In this document: one piece after another, positions 1 through 21,810 of the stretch
Position numbering within the stretch: the first letter of the stretch is position 1
Layout of the letters: each line of letters opens with the position of its first letter
Assembly (NCBI RefSeq): GCF_009914755.1
Contig: NC_060948.1
Strand: one strand, 5' to 3'
Length of the DNA: 64,000 nucleotides
From: the human T2T-CHM13v2.0 reference genome, Homo sapiens
Notes under the pieces: model-generated
The model's input: only the letters and a program-made list of their open reading frames with translations
Told to the model about the DNA's origin: nothing
Databases searched by the model: none
Made by a program: the position numbers and the translations under genes

Positions 1-52
1 GTGATCCCCTTGCCTTGGCCTCCAAATTTGCTGGGATTACAGGCCTGAGCCA
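1..52 (-). mobile_element. Alu 5' part, cut by the window edge
   Basis: gtgatcc...gccttggcctccaaatttgctgggattacaggcctgagcca is the reverse complement of the Alu left-arm start. Confidence 0.9.
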
Positions 53-625
53 AGATCCATATTTTCTAAATGAAAAAAAATTTCAAAGGTACTCTGCTTG
101 GTACAATAATCAAATGTATAAACTGAGGAATAAAACATAACCATGAAACCTACTTATAACTGCATATGGAAAATACAGAGGATAATTTTTTAAATAACAT
201 ATTTTGAAAGCCTTAACTAGTAATTTGAAGAGTTGGCATTTGAAAGGCCAGTATGAATATACCTTCAAAGCAGCAACACAGGTTCCCCATGAGAAAAAGC
301 AAACTCAGGGAAAATAAAACCACAAAGGTTCAATCTCTTCTGACCTTTGAAAGACACAGCACAGACAGTGGTCCTTAGGACGAAGAGCAGGAGACCCCTA
401 ATTCCGTCACCATGGCGATAGGGCATAAACACTGCTGGGTGAGGGCACAATCCACATTGTGAGGTCCAACTGCTGCCAGGAAGACAGGAGTGCTTTTACA
501 TAGACCGAAAGGTCATTGAAGGCTCAGAGTTTTGTTTCAAGAACTGAATCCCAAGCCCACACGTTATTAGGCTGCGCTTCTTAAAACAAGTTATGAGATG
601 GGATAAAGGGCACCCACAAACATAC
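53..625. repeat. HSATI-type segment of the unit (first copy; recurs directly after every Alu)
   Basis: Non-Alu, moderately GC-rich, near-invariant ~570-bp block between the Alu and the AT-rich tract. Name assigned from the known DYZ2 structure; the right boundary is approximate. Confidence 0.8.
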
Positions 626-2180
626 GTATACATTATGTATATAATCATATACAGTATCATATATATAATATATATAACCTATGTATAATATTGTTTTACA
701 TCCTGCATCTTATATTATATATATTGTGTAAAATATAATAATTGATAATATATAAGTTTTATATTTATACAATATGACATATAGTATATATTATAATTTA
801 TGACATATATAATATATGTTATATATCATATATAGAATATATTATACGGTTAATATACGTATTAAATATAAATTATACATTATATATATTATATATAATA
901 TATCTGCTATATATAATACCCATTATGCATAATATATATATTATGTCTATGTTATGTATAGTATAAAACAACATATAATAATATATAATTGTATATATAA
1001 AATGCGACATATAATATATATTATATTTTATGACACCTGTAATATATATTATATATTATATATAATACGTTGTATGTATAATACCTATATTAAATATATA
1101 TTATATGACTATGTTATTAATTACATGTCACATATGTTATATATTATATATTTTACATAGAATATACCGGTTATATACAATATATACTATGTTACCTATA
1201 ATGTATAATTTATTACATGTAAAATAAAGAATGCAATATATTATGTGTAATTTATAATATACAATATGTGGAATGTGATATATATAACATATAATATATG
1301 ATATATGATATACAGTATATGATATATAACATACAATATATGATACCTAACATATATGGTATACAATATATATTTTATGATATGTATTCTCTATGTTTTA
1401 TATTCTGTTATATATAACTATTTGAAATTATATATAACTGTGTAATATTTTATGTAAATATGTAATATAATATATATAACTATATAATATATTATATATA
1501 ACTATATATTATGTTATATATACTTTTATAACATAATTTACATAAAATATCATAGTATAATATATATTTTATTATTTCATATTACATAATATATATTACA
1601 TATCACCCAATATAAGTAACATACATAATATTATAATATAGATTATATTATGTTATATTAAATATCATATATATCATGTATCATATATTCTATAATATAT
1701 ATTATACATTATATAATATGTATGTTGTCTATTATGTGATATATATAACTATATATATAATTATATTATTATACATATAACTAGATAAACATGTAATTCT
1801 ACATATTTTCATTTATACTATATAGAATTATATAATCATATATAATTATTTATATTCTATAAAAAATTATATCATTATATAAATTATAATATATAAAAAT
1901 TATAATATGTACTACAAATATATATATTATATATCATATATGATATAGTAACTTTGTTATATATCATAATACATATAAATGTGTATTATGTTATCTATAA
2001 TTATATAATTTCATGTATGAGATGTATAATATGTGTTATATATTATATATGTTATGTAATATATATAGTATATATAAGATGACACAGGATAAATATTATA
2101 TACTATGACATATAAAATATATGAGGTTATATGTTACATATAAGGCATAGCACATAACATGTAATATATATCATCTATAA
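626..2180. repeat. AT-rich low-complexity tract of the unit (first copy; recurs in every unit)
   Basis: ~1.55 kb of degenerate (TA)n/TATAA/TATGA sequence, copied nearly base-for-base between units. Confidence 0.92.
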
Positions 2181-2472
<292 letters not shown>

Positions 2473-3045
2473 AGATCCATATTTTTTAAATGAAAAAAAA
2501 TTTCAAAGGTACTCTGCTTGGTACAATAATCAAATGTATAAACTGAGGAATAAAACATAACCATGAAACCTACTTATAACTGCATATGGAAAATACAGAG
2601 GATAATTTTTTAAATAACATATTTTGAAAGCCTTAACTAGTAATTTGAAGAGTTGGCATTTGAAAGGCCAGTATGAATATACCTTCAAAGCAGCAACACA
2701 GGTTCCCCATGAGAAAAAGCAAACTCAGGGAAAATAAAACCACAAAGGTTCAATCTCTTCTGACCTTTGAAAGACACAGCACAGACAGTGGTCCTTAGGA
2801 CGAAGAGCAGGAGACCCCTAATTCCGTCACCATGGCGATAGGGCATAAACACTGCTGGGTGAGGGCACAATCCACATTGTGAGGTCCAACTGCTGCCAGG
2901 AAGACAGGAGTGCTTTTACATAGACCGAAAGGTCATTGAAGGCTCAGAGTTTTGTTTCAAGAACTGAATCCCAAGCCCACACGTTATTAGGCTGCGCTTC
3001 TTAAAACAAGTTATGAGATGGGAAAAAGGGCACCCACAAACATAC
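2473..3045. repeat. HSATI-type segment, second copy
   Basis: Near-identical to 53-625. Confidence 0.8.
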
Positions 3046-4890
<1,845 letters not shown>

Positions 4891-6991
4891 AGATCCATAT
4901 TTTGTAAATGAAAAAAAATTTCAAAGGTACTCTGCTTGGTACAATAATCAAATGTATAAACTGAGGAATAAAACATAACCATGAAACCTACTTATAACTG
5001 CAAATGGAAAATACAGAGGATAATTTTTTAAATAACATATTTTGAAAGCCTTAACTAGTAATTTGAAGAGTTGGCATTTGAAAGGCCAGTATGAATATAC
5101 CTTCAAAGCAGCAACACAGGTTCCCCATGAGAAAAAGCAAACTCAGGGAAAATAAAACCACAAAGGTTCAATCTCTTCTGACCTTTGAAAGACACAGCAC
5201 AGACAGTGGTCCTTAGGACGAAGAGCAGGAGACCCCTAATTCCGTCACCATGGCGATAGGGCATAAACACTGCTGGGTGAGGGCACAATCCACATTGTGA
5301 GGTCCAACTGCTGCCAGGAAGACAGGAGTGCTTTTACATAGACCGAAAGGTCATTGAAGGCTCAGAGTTTTGTTTCAAGAACTGAATCCCAAGCCCACAC
5401 GTTATTAGGCTGCGCTTCTTAAAACAAGTTATGAGATGGGAAAAAGGGCACCCACAAACATACGTATACATTATGTATATAATAATATACAGTATCATAT
5501 ATATAATATATATAACCTATGTATAATATTGTTTTACATCCTGCATCTTATATTATATATATTGTGTAAAATATAAAAATTGATAATATATAAATTTTAT
5601 ATTTATACAATATGACATATAGTATATATTATAATTTATGACATATATAATATATGTTATATATCATATATAGAAAATATTATACGGTTAATATACGTAT
5701 TAAATATAAATTATACATTATATATATTATATATAATATATCTGCTATATATAATACCCATTATGCATAATATATATATTATGTCTATGTTATGTATAGT
5801 ATAAAACAACATATAATAATATATAATTGTATATATAAAATGCGACATATAATATATATTATATTTTATGACATCTGTAATATATATTATATATTATATA
5901 TAATACGTTGTATGTATAATACCTATATTAAATATATATTATATGACTATGTTATTAATTACATGTCACATATGTTATATATTATATATTTTATAAAGAA
6001 TATACCGGTTACATACATTATATACTATGTTACCTATAATGTATAATTTATTACATGTAAAATAAAGAATGCAATATATTATGTGTAATTTATAATATAC
6101 AATATGTGGAATGAGATATATATAACATATAATATATGATATATGATATACAGTATATGATATATAACATACAATATATGATACCTAATATATATGGTAT
6201 ACAATATATATTTTATGATATGTATTCTATATGTTTTATATTCTGTTATATATAACTATTTGAAATTATATATAACTGTATAATATTTTATGTAAATATG
6301 TAATATAATATATATAACTATATAATATATTATATATAACTATATATTATGTTATATATACTTTTATAACTTTATTTACATAAAATATCATAGTATAATA
6401 TATATTATATTACTTCATATTACATAATATATATTACATATCACCCAATATAAGTAACATACATAATATTATAATATATATTATATTATGTTATATTAAA
6501 TATCATATATATCATGTATCATATATTCTATAATATATATTATACATTATATAATATGCATGTTGTCTATTATGTGATATATATAACTATATATATAATT
6601 ATATTATTATACATATATCTAGATAAACATGTAATTCTACATATTTTCATTTATAATATATAGAATTACATAATCATATATAATTATATTCTATAAAAAA
6701 TTATATCATTATATAAATTATAATATATAAAAATTCTAATATGTACTACAAATATATATATTATATATCATATATGATATAGTACCTTTGTTATATATCA
6801 TAATACATATAAATGTGTATTATGTTATCTATAATTATATAATTTCATATATAAGATGTATAATATTTATTATATATTATAAATGTTATGTAATATATAT
6901 AGTATATATAAGATGACACAGGATAAATATTATATACTATGACATATAAAATATATGAGTTTATATGTTACATATAAGGCATAGCACATAA

Positions 6992-7306
<315 letters not shown>

Positions 7307-9430
7307 AGATCCATATTTTGTAAATGAAAAAAAATTTCAAAGGTACTCTGCTTGGTACAATAATCAAATGTATAAACTGAGGAATAAAACATAACCATGA
7401 AACCTACTTATAACTGCATATGGAAAATACAGAGGATAATTTTTTAAATAACATATTTTGAAAGCCTTAACTAGTAATTTGAAGAGTTGGCATTTGAAAG
7501 GCCAGTATGAATATACCTTCAAAGCAGCAACACAGGTTCCCCATGAGAAAAAGCAAACTCAGGGAAAATAAAACCACAAAGGTTCAATCTCTTCTGACCT
7601 TTGAAAGACACAGCACAGACAGTGGTCCTTAGGACGAAGAGCAGGAGACCCCTAATTCCGTCACCATGGCGATAGGGCATAAACACTGCTGGGTGAGGGC
7701 ACAATCCACATTGTGAGGTCCAACTGCTGCCAGGAAGACAGGAGTGCTTTTACATAGACCGAAAGGTCATTGAAGGCTCAGAGTTTTGTTTCAAGAACTG
7801 AATCCCAAGCCCACACGTTATTAGGCTGCGCTTCTTAAAACAAGTTATGAGATGGGAAAAAGGGCACCCACAAACATACGTATACATTATGTATATAATC
7901 ATATACAGTATCATATATATAATATATATAACCTATGTATAATATTGTTTTACATCCTGCATCTTATATTATATATATTGTGTAAAATATAATAATTGAT
8001 AATATATAAGTTTTATATTTATACAATATGACATATAGTATATATTATAATTTATGACAGATATAATATATGTTATATATCATATATAGAATATATTATA
8101 CGGTTAATATACGTATTAAATATAAATTATACATTATATATATTATATATAATATATCTGCTATATATAATACCCATTATGCATAATATATATATTATGT
8201 CTATGTTATGTATAGTATAAAACAACATATAATAATATATAATTGTATATATAAAATGCGACATATAATATATATTATATTTTATGACATCTGTAATATA
8301 TATTATATATTATATATAATACGTTGTATGTATAATACCTATATTAAATATATATTATATGACTATGTTATTAATTACATGTCACATATGTTATATATTA
8401 TATATTTTACATAGAATATACCGGTTACATACAATATATACTATGTTACCTATAATGTATAATTTATTACATGTAAAATAAAGAATGCAATATATTATGT
8501 GTAATTTATAATATACAATATGTGGAATGTGATATATATAACATATAATATATGATATATGATATACAGTATACGATATATAACATACAATATATGCTAC
8601 CTAATATATATGGTATACAATATATATTTTATGATATGTATTCTATATGTTTTATATTCTGTTATATATAACTATTTGAAATTATATATAACTGTATAAT
8701 ATTTTATGTAAATATGTAATATAATATATATAACTATATAATATATTATATATAACTATATATTATGTTATATATACTTTCAAAACTTTATTTACGTAAA
8801 ATATCATAGTATAATATATATTATATTACTTCATATTACATAATATATATTACATATCACACAATATAAGTAACATACATAATATTATAATATACATTAT
8901 ATTATGTTATATTAAATATCATATATATCATGTATCATATATTCTATAATATATATAACACATTATATAATATGCATGTTGTCTATTATGTGATATATAT
9001 AACTATATATATAATTATATTATTATACATATATCTAGATAAACATGTAATTCTACATATTTTCATTTATAATATATAGAATTACATAACCATATATAAT
9101 TATATTCTATAAAAAATTATATCATTATATAAATTATAATATATAAAAATTATAATATGTACTACAAATATATATATTATATATCATATATGATATAGTA
9201 CCTTTGTTATATATCATAATACATATAAATGTGTATTATGTTATCTATAATTATATAATTTCATATATAAGATGTATAATATTTATTATATATTATATAT
9301 GTTATGTAATATATATAGTATATATAAGATGACACAGGATAAATATTATATACTATGACATATAAGATATATGAGGTTATATGTTACATATAAGGCATAG
9401 CACATAACATGTAATATATATCATCTATAA

Positions 9431-9722
<292 letters not shown>

Positions 9723-11826
9723 AGATCCATATTTTTTAAATGAAAAAAAATTTCAAAGGTACTCTGCTTGGTACAATAATCAAATGTATAAACTGAGGAA
9801 TAAAACATAACCATGAAACCTACTTATAACTGCATATGGAAAATACAGAGGATAATTTTTTAAATAATATATTTTGAAAGCCTTAACTAGTAATTTGAAG
9901 AGTTGGCATTTGAAAGGCCAGTATGAATATACCTTCAAAGCAGCAACACAGGTTCCCCATGAGAAAAAGCAAACTCAGGGAAAATAAAACCACAAAGGTT
10001 CAATCTCTTCTGACCTTTGAAAGACACAGCACAGACAGTGGTCCTTAGGACGAAGAGCAGGAGACCCCTAATTCCGTCACCATGGCGATAGGGCATAAAC
10101 ACTGCTGGGTGAGGGCACAATCCACATTGTGAGGTCCAACTGCTGCCAGGAAGACAGGAGTGCTTTTAGATAGACCGAAAGGTCATTGAAGGCTCAGAGT
10201 TTTGTTTCAAGAACTGAATCCCAAGCCCACACGTTATTAGGCTGCGCTTCTTAAAACAAGTTATGAGATGGGAAAAAGGGCACCCACAAACATACGTATA
10301 CATTATGTATATAATAATATACAGTATCATATATATAATATATATAACCTATGTATAATATTGTTTTACATCCTGCATCTTATATTATATATATTGTATA
10401 AAATATAATAATTGATAATATATAAGTTTTATATTTATACAATATGACATATAGTATATATTATAATTTATGACATATATAATATATGTTATATATCATA
10501 TATTGAATATATTATACGGTTAATATACGTATTAAATATAAATTATACATTATATGTATTATATATAATATATCTGCTATATATAATACCCATTATGCAT
10601 AATATATATATTATGTCTATGTTATATATAGTATAAAACAACATATAATAATATATAATTGTATATATAAAATGTGACATATAATATATATTATATTTTA
10701 TGACATAGGTAATATATATTATATATTATATATAATACGTTGTATGTATAATACCTATATTAAATATATATTATATGACTATGTTATTAATTACATGTCA
10801 CATATGTTATATATTATATATTTTACATAGAATGTACTGGTTACATACAATATATAGTATGTTACCTGTAATGTATAATTTATTACATGTAAAATAAAGA
10901 ATGCAATATATTATGTATAATTTATAATATACAATATGTGGAATGTGATATATATAACATATAATATATGATATATGATATACAGTATATGATATATAAC
11001 CTACAATATATGATACCTAACATATATGATATACAATATATATTTTATGATATGTATTCTCTATGTTTTATATCTGTTATATATAATTATTTGAAATTAT
11101 ATATAAATGTATAATATTTTATGTAAATATGTAATATAATATATATAACTATCTAATGTATTATATATAACTATATATTATGTTATATATACTTTTATAA
11201 AATAAATTACATAAAATATCATAATATAATATATATTATATTATTTCATATTACTTAAGATATATTACATATCACCCAATATAAGTAACATACATAATAT
11301 TATCATATAGATTATATTATGTTATATTAAATATCATATATATCATGTATCATATATTCCATAATATATTTTATACATTATATAATATGTATGATGTCTA
11401 TTATGTGATATATATAACTTTATATATAATTATATTATTATACATATAACTAGATAAACATGTAATTCTACATATTTTCATTTATAATATATAGAATTAT
11501 ATTATCATATATAATTATTTATATTCTATAAAAAATTATACCATTATATAAATTATAATATAAAAAAATTATAATATGTACTACAAATATATATATTATA
11601 TATCATATCTGATATAGTACCTTTGTTATATATCATAATACATATAAATGTGTATTATGTTATCTATAATTATATAAATTCATATATAAGTTGTATAATA
11701 TGTATTATTTATTATATATGTTATGTAATATATATAGTATATATAAGCTGACACAGGATAAATATTATATACTATGACATATAAAATATATGAGGTTATA
11801 TGTTACATATAAGGCATAGCACATAA

Positions 11827-12141
<315 letters not shown>

Positions 12142-14242
12142 AGATCCATATTTTTTAAATGAAAAAAAATTTCAAAGGTACTCTGCTTGGTACAATAATC
12201 AAATGTATAAACTGAGGAATAAAACATAACCATGAAACCTACTTATAACTGCAAATGGAAAATACAGAGGATAATTTTTTAAATAACATATTTTGAAAGC
12301 CTTAACTAGTAATTTGAAGAGTTGGCATTTGAAAGGCCAGTATGAATATACCTTCAAAGCAGCAACACAGGTTCCCCATGAGAAAAAGCAAACTCAGGGA
12401 AAATAAAACCACAAAGGTTCAATCTCTTCTGACCTTTGAAAGAGACAGCACAGACAGTGGTCCTTAGGACGAAGAGCAGGAGACCCCTAATTCCGTCACC
12501 ATGGCGATAGGGCATAAACACTGCTGGGTGAGGGCACAATCCACATTGTGAGGTCCAACTGCTGCCAGGAAGACAGGAGTGCTTTTACATAGACCGAAAG
12601 GTCATTGAAGGCTCAGAGTTTTGTTTCAAGAACTGAATCCCAAGCCCACACGTTATTAGGCTGCGCTTCTTAAAACAAGTTATGAGATGGGAAAAAGGGC
12701 ACCCACAAACATACGTATACATTATGTATATAATAATATACAGTATCATATATATAATATATATAACCTATGTATAATATTGTTTTACATCCTGCATCTT
12801 ATATTATATATATTGTGTAAAATATAATAATTGATAATATATAAGTTTTATATTTATACAATATGACATATAGTATATATTATAATTTATGACATATATA
12901 ATATATGTTATATATCATATATAGAAAATATTATACGGTTAATATATGTATTAAATATAAATTATACATTATATATATTATATATAATATATCTGCTATA
13001 TATAATACCCATTATGCATAATATATATATTATATCTATGTTATGTATAGTATAAAACAACATATAATAATATATAATTGTATATATAAAATGCGACATA
13101 TAATATATATTATATTTTATGACATCTGTAATATATATTATATATTATATATAATACGTTGTATGTATAATACCTATATTAAATATATATTATATGACTA
13201 TGTTATTAATTACATGTCACATATGTTATATATTATATATTTTATAAAGAATATACCGGTTACATACATTATATACTATGTTACCTATAATGTATAATTT
13301 ATTACATGTAAAATAAAGAATGCAATATATTATGTGTAATTTATAATATACAATATGTGGAATGTGATATATATAACATATAATATATGATATATGATAT
13401 ACAGTATATGATATATAACATACAATATATGATACCTAATATATATGGTATACAATATATATTTTATGATATGTATTCTATATGTTTTATATTCTGTTAT
13501 ATATAACTATTTGAAATTATATATAACTGTATAATATTTTATGTAAATATGTAATATAATATATATAACTATATAATATATTATATATAACTATATATTA
13601 TGTTATATATACTTTCATAACTTTATTTACATAAAATATCATAGTATAATATATATTATATTACTTCATATTACATAATATATATTACATATCACCCAAT
13701 ATAAGTAACATACATAATATTATAATATACATTATATTATGTTATATTAAATATAATATATATCATGTATCATATATTCTATAATATATATTACACATTA
13801 TATAATATGCATTTTGTCTATTATGTGATATATATAACTATATATATAATTATATTATTATACATATATCTAGATAAACATGTAATTCTACATATTTTCA
13901 TTTATAATATATAGAATTACATAATCATATATAATTATATTTTATAAAAAATTATATCATTATATAAATTATAATATATAAAAATTCTAATATGTACTAC
14001 AAATATATATATTATATATCATATATGATATAGTACCTTTGTTATATATCATAATACATATAAATGTGTATTATGTTATCTATAATTATATAATTTCATA
14101 TATAAGATATATAATATTTATTATATATTATAAATGTTATGTAATATATATAGTATATATAAGATGACACAGGATAAATATTATATACTATGACATATAA
14201 AATATATGAGGTTATATGTTACATATAAGGCATAGCACATAA

Positions 14243-14557
<315 letters not shown>

Positions 14558-16655
14558 AGATCCATATTTTGTAAATGAAAAAAAATTTCAAAGGTACTCT
14601 GCTTGGTACAATAATCAAATGTATAAACTGAGGAATAAAACATAACCATGAAACCTACTTATAACTGCATATGGAAAATACAGAGGATAATTTTTTAAAT
14701 AACATATTTTGAAAGCCTTAACTAGTAATTTGAAGAGTTGGCATTTGAAAGGCCAGTATGAATATACCTTCAAAGCAGCAACACAGGTTCCCCATGAGAA
14801 AAAGCAAACTCAGGGAAAATAAAACCACAAAGGTTCAATCTCTTCTGACCTTTGAAAGACACAGCACAGACAGTGGTCCTTAGGACGAAGAGCAGGAGAC
14901 CCCTAATTCCGTCACCATGGCGATAGGGCATAAACACTGCTGGGTGAGGGCACAATCCACATTGTGAGGTCCAACTGCTGCCAGGAAGACAGGAGTGCTT
15001 TTACATAGACCGAAAGGTCATTGAAGGCTCAGAGTTTTGTTTCAAGAACTGAATCCCAAGCCCACACGTTATTAGGCTGCGCTTCTTAAAACAAGTTATG
15101 AGATGGGAAAAAGGGCACCCACAAACATACGTATACATTATGTATATAATCATATACAGTATCATATATATAATATATATAACCTATGTATAATATTGTT
15201 TTACATCCTGCATCTTATATTATATATATTGTGTAAAATATAATAATTGATAATATATAAGTTTTATATTTATACAATATGACATATAGTATATATTATA
15301 ATTTATGACATATATAATATATGTTATATATCATATATAGAATATATTATACGGTTAATATACGTATTAAATATAAATTATACATTATATATATTATATA
15401 TAATATATCTGCTATATATAATACCCATTATGCATAATATATATATTATGTCTATGTTATGTATAGTATAAAACAACATATAATAATATATAATTGTATA
15501 TATAAAATGCGACATATAATATATATTATATTTTATGACATCTGTAATATATATTATATATTATATATAATACGTTGTCTGTATAATACCTATATTAAAT
15601 ATATATTATATGACTATGTTATTAATTACATGTCACATATGTTATATATTATATATTTTACATAGAATATACCGGTTACATACAATATATACTATGTTAC
15701 CTATAATGTATAATTTATTACATGTAAAATAAAGAATGCAATATATTATGTGTAATTTATAATATACAATATGTGGAATGTGACATATATAACATATAAT
15801 ATATGATATATGATATACAGTATACGATATATAACATACAATATATGATACCTAATATATATGGTATACAATATATATTTTATGATATGTATTCTATATG
15901 TTTTATATTCTGTTATATATAACTATTTGAAATTATATATAACTGTATAATATTTTATGTAAATATGTAATATAATATATATAACTATATAATATATTAT
16001 ATATAACTATATATTATGTTATATATACTTTCATAACTTTATTTACATAAAATATCATAGTATAATATATATTATATTACTTCATATTACATAATATATA
16101 TTACATATCACCCAATATAAGTAACATACATAATATTATAATATACATTATATTATGTTATATTAAATATAATATATATCATGTATCATATATTCTATAA
16201 TATATATTACACATTATATAATATGCATGTTGTCTATTATGTGATATATATAACTATATATATAATTATATTATTATACATATATCTAGATAAACATGTA
16301 ATTCTACATATTTTCATTTATAATATATAGAATTACATAATGATATATAATTATATTCTATAAAAAATTATATCATTATATAAATTATAATATATAAAAA
16401 TTCTAATATGTACTACAAATATATATATTATATATCATATATGATATAGTACCTTTGTTATATATCATAATACATATAAATGTGTATTATGTTATCTATA
16501 ATTATATAATTTCATATATAAGATGTATAATTATTATATATTATAAATGTTATGTAATATATATAGTATATATAAGATGACACAGGATAAATATTATATA
16601 CTATGACATATAAAATATATGAGGTTATATGTTACATATAAGGCATAGCACATAA

Positions 16656-16970
<315 letters not shown>

Positions 16971-19098
16971 AGATCCATATTTTGTAAATGAAAAAAAATT
17001 TCAAAGGTTCTCTGCTTGGTACAATAATCAAATGTATAAACTGAGGAATAAAACATAACCATGAAACCTACTTATAACTGCATATGGAAAATACAGAGGA
17101 TAATTTTTTAAATAACATATTTTGAAAGCCTTAACTAGTAATTTGAAGAGTTGGCATTTGAAAGGCCAGTATGAATATACCTTCAAAGCAGCAACACAGG
17201 TTCCCCATGAGAAAAAGCAAACTCAGGGAAAATAAAACCACAAAGGTTCAATCTCTTCTGACCTTTGAAAGACACAGCACAGACAGTGGTCCTTAGGACG
17301 AAGAGCAGGAGACCCCTAATTCCGTCACCATGGCGATAGGGCATAAACACTGCTGGGTGAGGGCACAATCCACATTGTGAGGTCCAACTGCTGCCAGGAA
17401 GACAGGAGTGCTTTTACATAGACCGAAAGGTCATTGAAGGCTCAGAGTTTTGTTTCAAGAACTGAATCCCAAGCCCACACGTTATTAGGCTGCGCTTCTT
17501 AAAACAAGTTATGAGATGGGAAAAAGGGCACCCACAAACATACGTATACATTATGTATATAATCATATACAGTATCATATATATAATATATATAACCTAT
17601 GTATAATATTGTTTTACATCCTGCATCTTATATTATATATATTGTGTAAAATATAATAATTGATAATATATAAGTTTTATATTTATACAATATGACATAT
17701 AGTATATATTATAATTTATGACATATATAATATATGTTATATATCATATATAGAATATATTATACGGTTAATATACGTATTAAATATAAATTATACATTA
17801 TATATATTATATATAATATATCTGCTATATATAATACCCATTATGCATAATATATATATTATGTCTATGTTATGTATAGTATAAAACAACATATAATAAT
17901 ATATAATTGTATATATAAAATGCGACATATAATATATATTATATTTTATGACATCTGTAATATATATTATATATTATATATAATACGTTGTATGTATAAT
18001 ACCTATATTAAATATATATTATATGACTATGTTATTAATTACATGTCACATATGTTATATATTATATATTATACATAGAATATACCGGTTATATACAATA
18101 TATACTATGTTACCTATAATGTATAATTTATTACATGTAAAATAAAGAATGTAATATATTATGTGTAATTTATAATATACAATATGTGGAATGTGATATA
18201 TATAACATATAATATATGATATATGATATACAGTATATGATATATAACATACAATATATGATACCTAATATATATGGTATACAATATATATTTTATGATA
18301 TGTATTCTAAATGTTTTATATTCTGTTATATATAACTGTTTGAAATTATATATAACTGTATAATATTTTATGTAAATATGTAATATAATATATATAACTA
18401 TATAATATATTATATATAACTATATATTATGTTATATATACTTTTATAACTTTATTTACATAAAATATCATAGTATAATATATATTATATTACTTCATAT
18501 TACATAATATATATTACATATCACCCAATATAAGTAACATACATAATATTATAATATAGATTATATTATGTTATATTAAATATCATATATATCATGTATC
18601 ATATATTCTATAATATGTATTATACATTATATAATATGCATGTTGTCTATTATGTGATATATATAACTATATATATAATTATATGATTATACATATATCT
18701 AGATAAACATGTAATTCTACATATTTTCATTTATAATATATAGAATTACATAATCATATATAATTATTTATATTCTATAAAAAATTATATCATTATATAA
18801 ATTATAATATATAAAAATTATAATATGTACTACAAATATATATATTATATATCATATATGATATAGTACCTTTGTTATATATCATAATACATATAAATGT
18901 GTATTATGTTATCTATAATTATATAATTTCATATATAAGATGTATAATATTTATTATATATTATATATGTTATGAAATATATATAGTATATATAAGATGA
19001 CACAGGATAAATATTATATACTATGACATATAAGATATATGAGGTTATATGTTACATATAAGGCATAGCACATAACATGTAATATATATCATCTATAA

Positions 19099-19390
<292 letters not shown>

Positions 19391-21518
19391 AGATCCATAT
19401 TTTTTAAATGAAAAAAAATTTCAAAGGTACTCTGCTTGGTACAATAATCAAATGTATAAACTGAGGATTAAAACATACCCATGAAACCTACTTATAACTG
19501 CATATGGAAAATACAGAGGGTAATTTTTTAAATAATATATTTTGAAAGCCTTAACTAGTAATTTGAAGAGTTGGCATTTGAAAGGCCAGTATGAATATAC
19601 CTTCAAAGCAGCAACACAGGTTCCCCATGAGAAAAAGCAAACTCAGGGAAAATAAAACCACAAAGGTTCAATCTCTTCTGACCTTTGAAAGACACAGCAC
19701 AGACAGTGGTCCTTAGGACGAAGAGCAGGAGACCCCTAATTCCGTCACCATGGCGATAGGGCATAAAAACTGCTGGGTGAGGGCACAATCCACATTGTGA
19801 GGTCCAACTGCTGCCAGGAAGACAGGAGTGCTTTTACATAGACCGAAAGGTCATTGAAGGCTCAGAGTTTTGTTTCAAGAACTGAATCCCAAGCCCACAC
19901 GTTATTAGGCTGCGCTTCTTAAAACAAGTTATGAGATGGGAAAAAGGGCACCCACAAACATACGTATACATTATGTATATAATCATATACAGTATCATAT
20001 ATATAATATATATAACCTATGTATAATATTGTTTTACATCCTGCATCTTATATTATATATATTGTGTAAAATATAATAATTGATAATATATAAGTTTTAT
20101 ATTTATACAATATGACATATAGTATATATTATAATTTATGACATATATAATATATGTTATATATCATATATAGAATATATTATACGGTTAATATACGTAT
20201 TAAATATAAATTATACATTATATATATTATATATAATATATCTGCTATATATAATACCCATTATGCATAATATATATATTATGTCTATGTTATGTATAGT
20301 ATAAAACAACATATAATAATATATAATTGTATATATAAAATGCGACATATAATATATATTATATTTTATGACATCTGTAATATATATTATATATTATATA
20401 TAATACGTTGTATGTATAATAGCTATATTAAATATATATTATATGACTATGTTATTAATTACATGTCACATATGTTATATATTATATATTATACATAGAA
20501 TATACCGGTTATATACAATATATACTATGTTACCTATAATGTATAATTTATTACATGTAAAATAAAGAATGCAATATATTATGTGTAATTTATAATATAC
20601 AATATGTGGAATGTGATATATATAACATATAATATATGATATATGATATACAGTATATGATATATAACATACAATATATGATACCTAATATATATGGTAT
20701 ACAATATATATTTTATGATATGTATTCTAAATGTTTTATATTCTGTTATATATAACTGTTTGAAATTATATATAACTGTATAATATTTTATGTAAATATG
20801 TAATATAATATATATAACTATATAATATATTATATATAACTATATATTATGTTATATATACTTTTATAACTTTATTTACATAAAATATCATAGTATAATA
20901 TATATTATATTACTTCATATTACATAATATATATTACATATCACCCAATATAAGTAACATACATAATATTATAATATAGATTATATTATGTTATATTAAA
21001 TATCATATATATCATGTATCATATATTCTATAATATGTATTATACATTATATAATATGCATGTTGTCTATTATGTGATATATATAACTATATATATAATT
21101 ATATGATTATACATATATCTAGATAAACATGTAATTCTACATATTTTCATTTATAATATATAGAATTACATAATCATATATAATTATTTATATTCTATAA
21201 AAAATTATATCATTATATAAATTATAATATATAAAAATTATAATATGTACTACAAATATATATATTATATATCATATATGATATAGTACCTTTGTTATAT
21301 ATCATAATACATATAAATGTGTATTATGTTATCTATAATTATATAATTTCATATATAAGATGTATAATATTTATTATATATTATATATGTTATGAAATAT
21401 ATATAGTATATATAAGATGACACAGGATAAATATTATATACTATGACATATAAGATATATGAGGTTATATGTTACATATAAGGCATAGCACATAACATGT
21501 AATATATATCATCTATAA

Positions 21519-21810
<292 letters not shown>

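Noticed and set aside
265-450. 61-aa minus-strand ORF present in all 27 units
   Set aside because: Its conservation reflects DNA-level repeat identity. It starts at TTG, resembles no protein I recognise, and most observed variants change amino acids.
954-1160. 68-84-aa Y/I-rich plus-strand ORFs (also 27329, 49475)
   Set aside because: These are translations of (TA)n low-complexity DNA that appear and disappear with single substitutions.
626-2180. TATA boxes, AATAAA signals and a PATRR-like long palindrome
   Set aside because: Such motifs are expected by chance at this AT content. Only short palindromes were visible, with no long inverted repeat or unit inversion.
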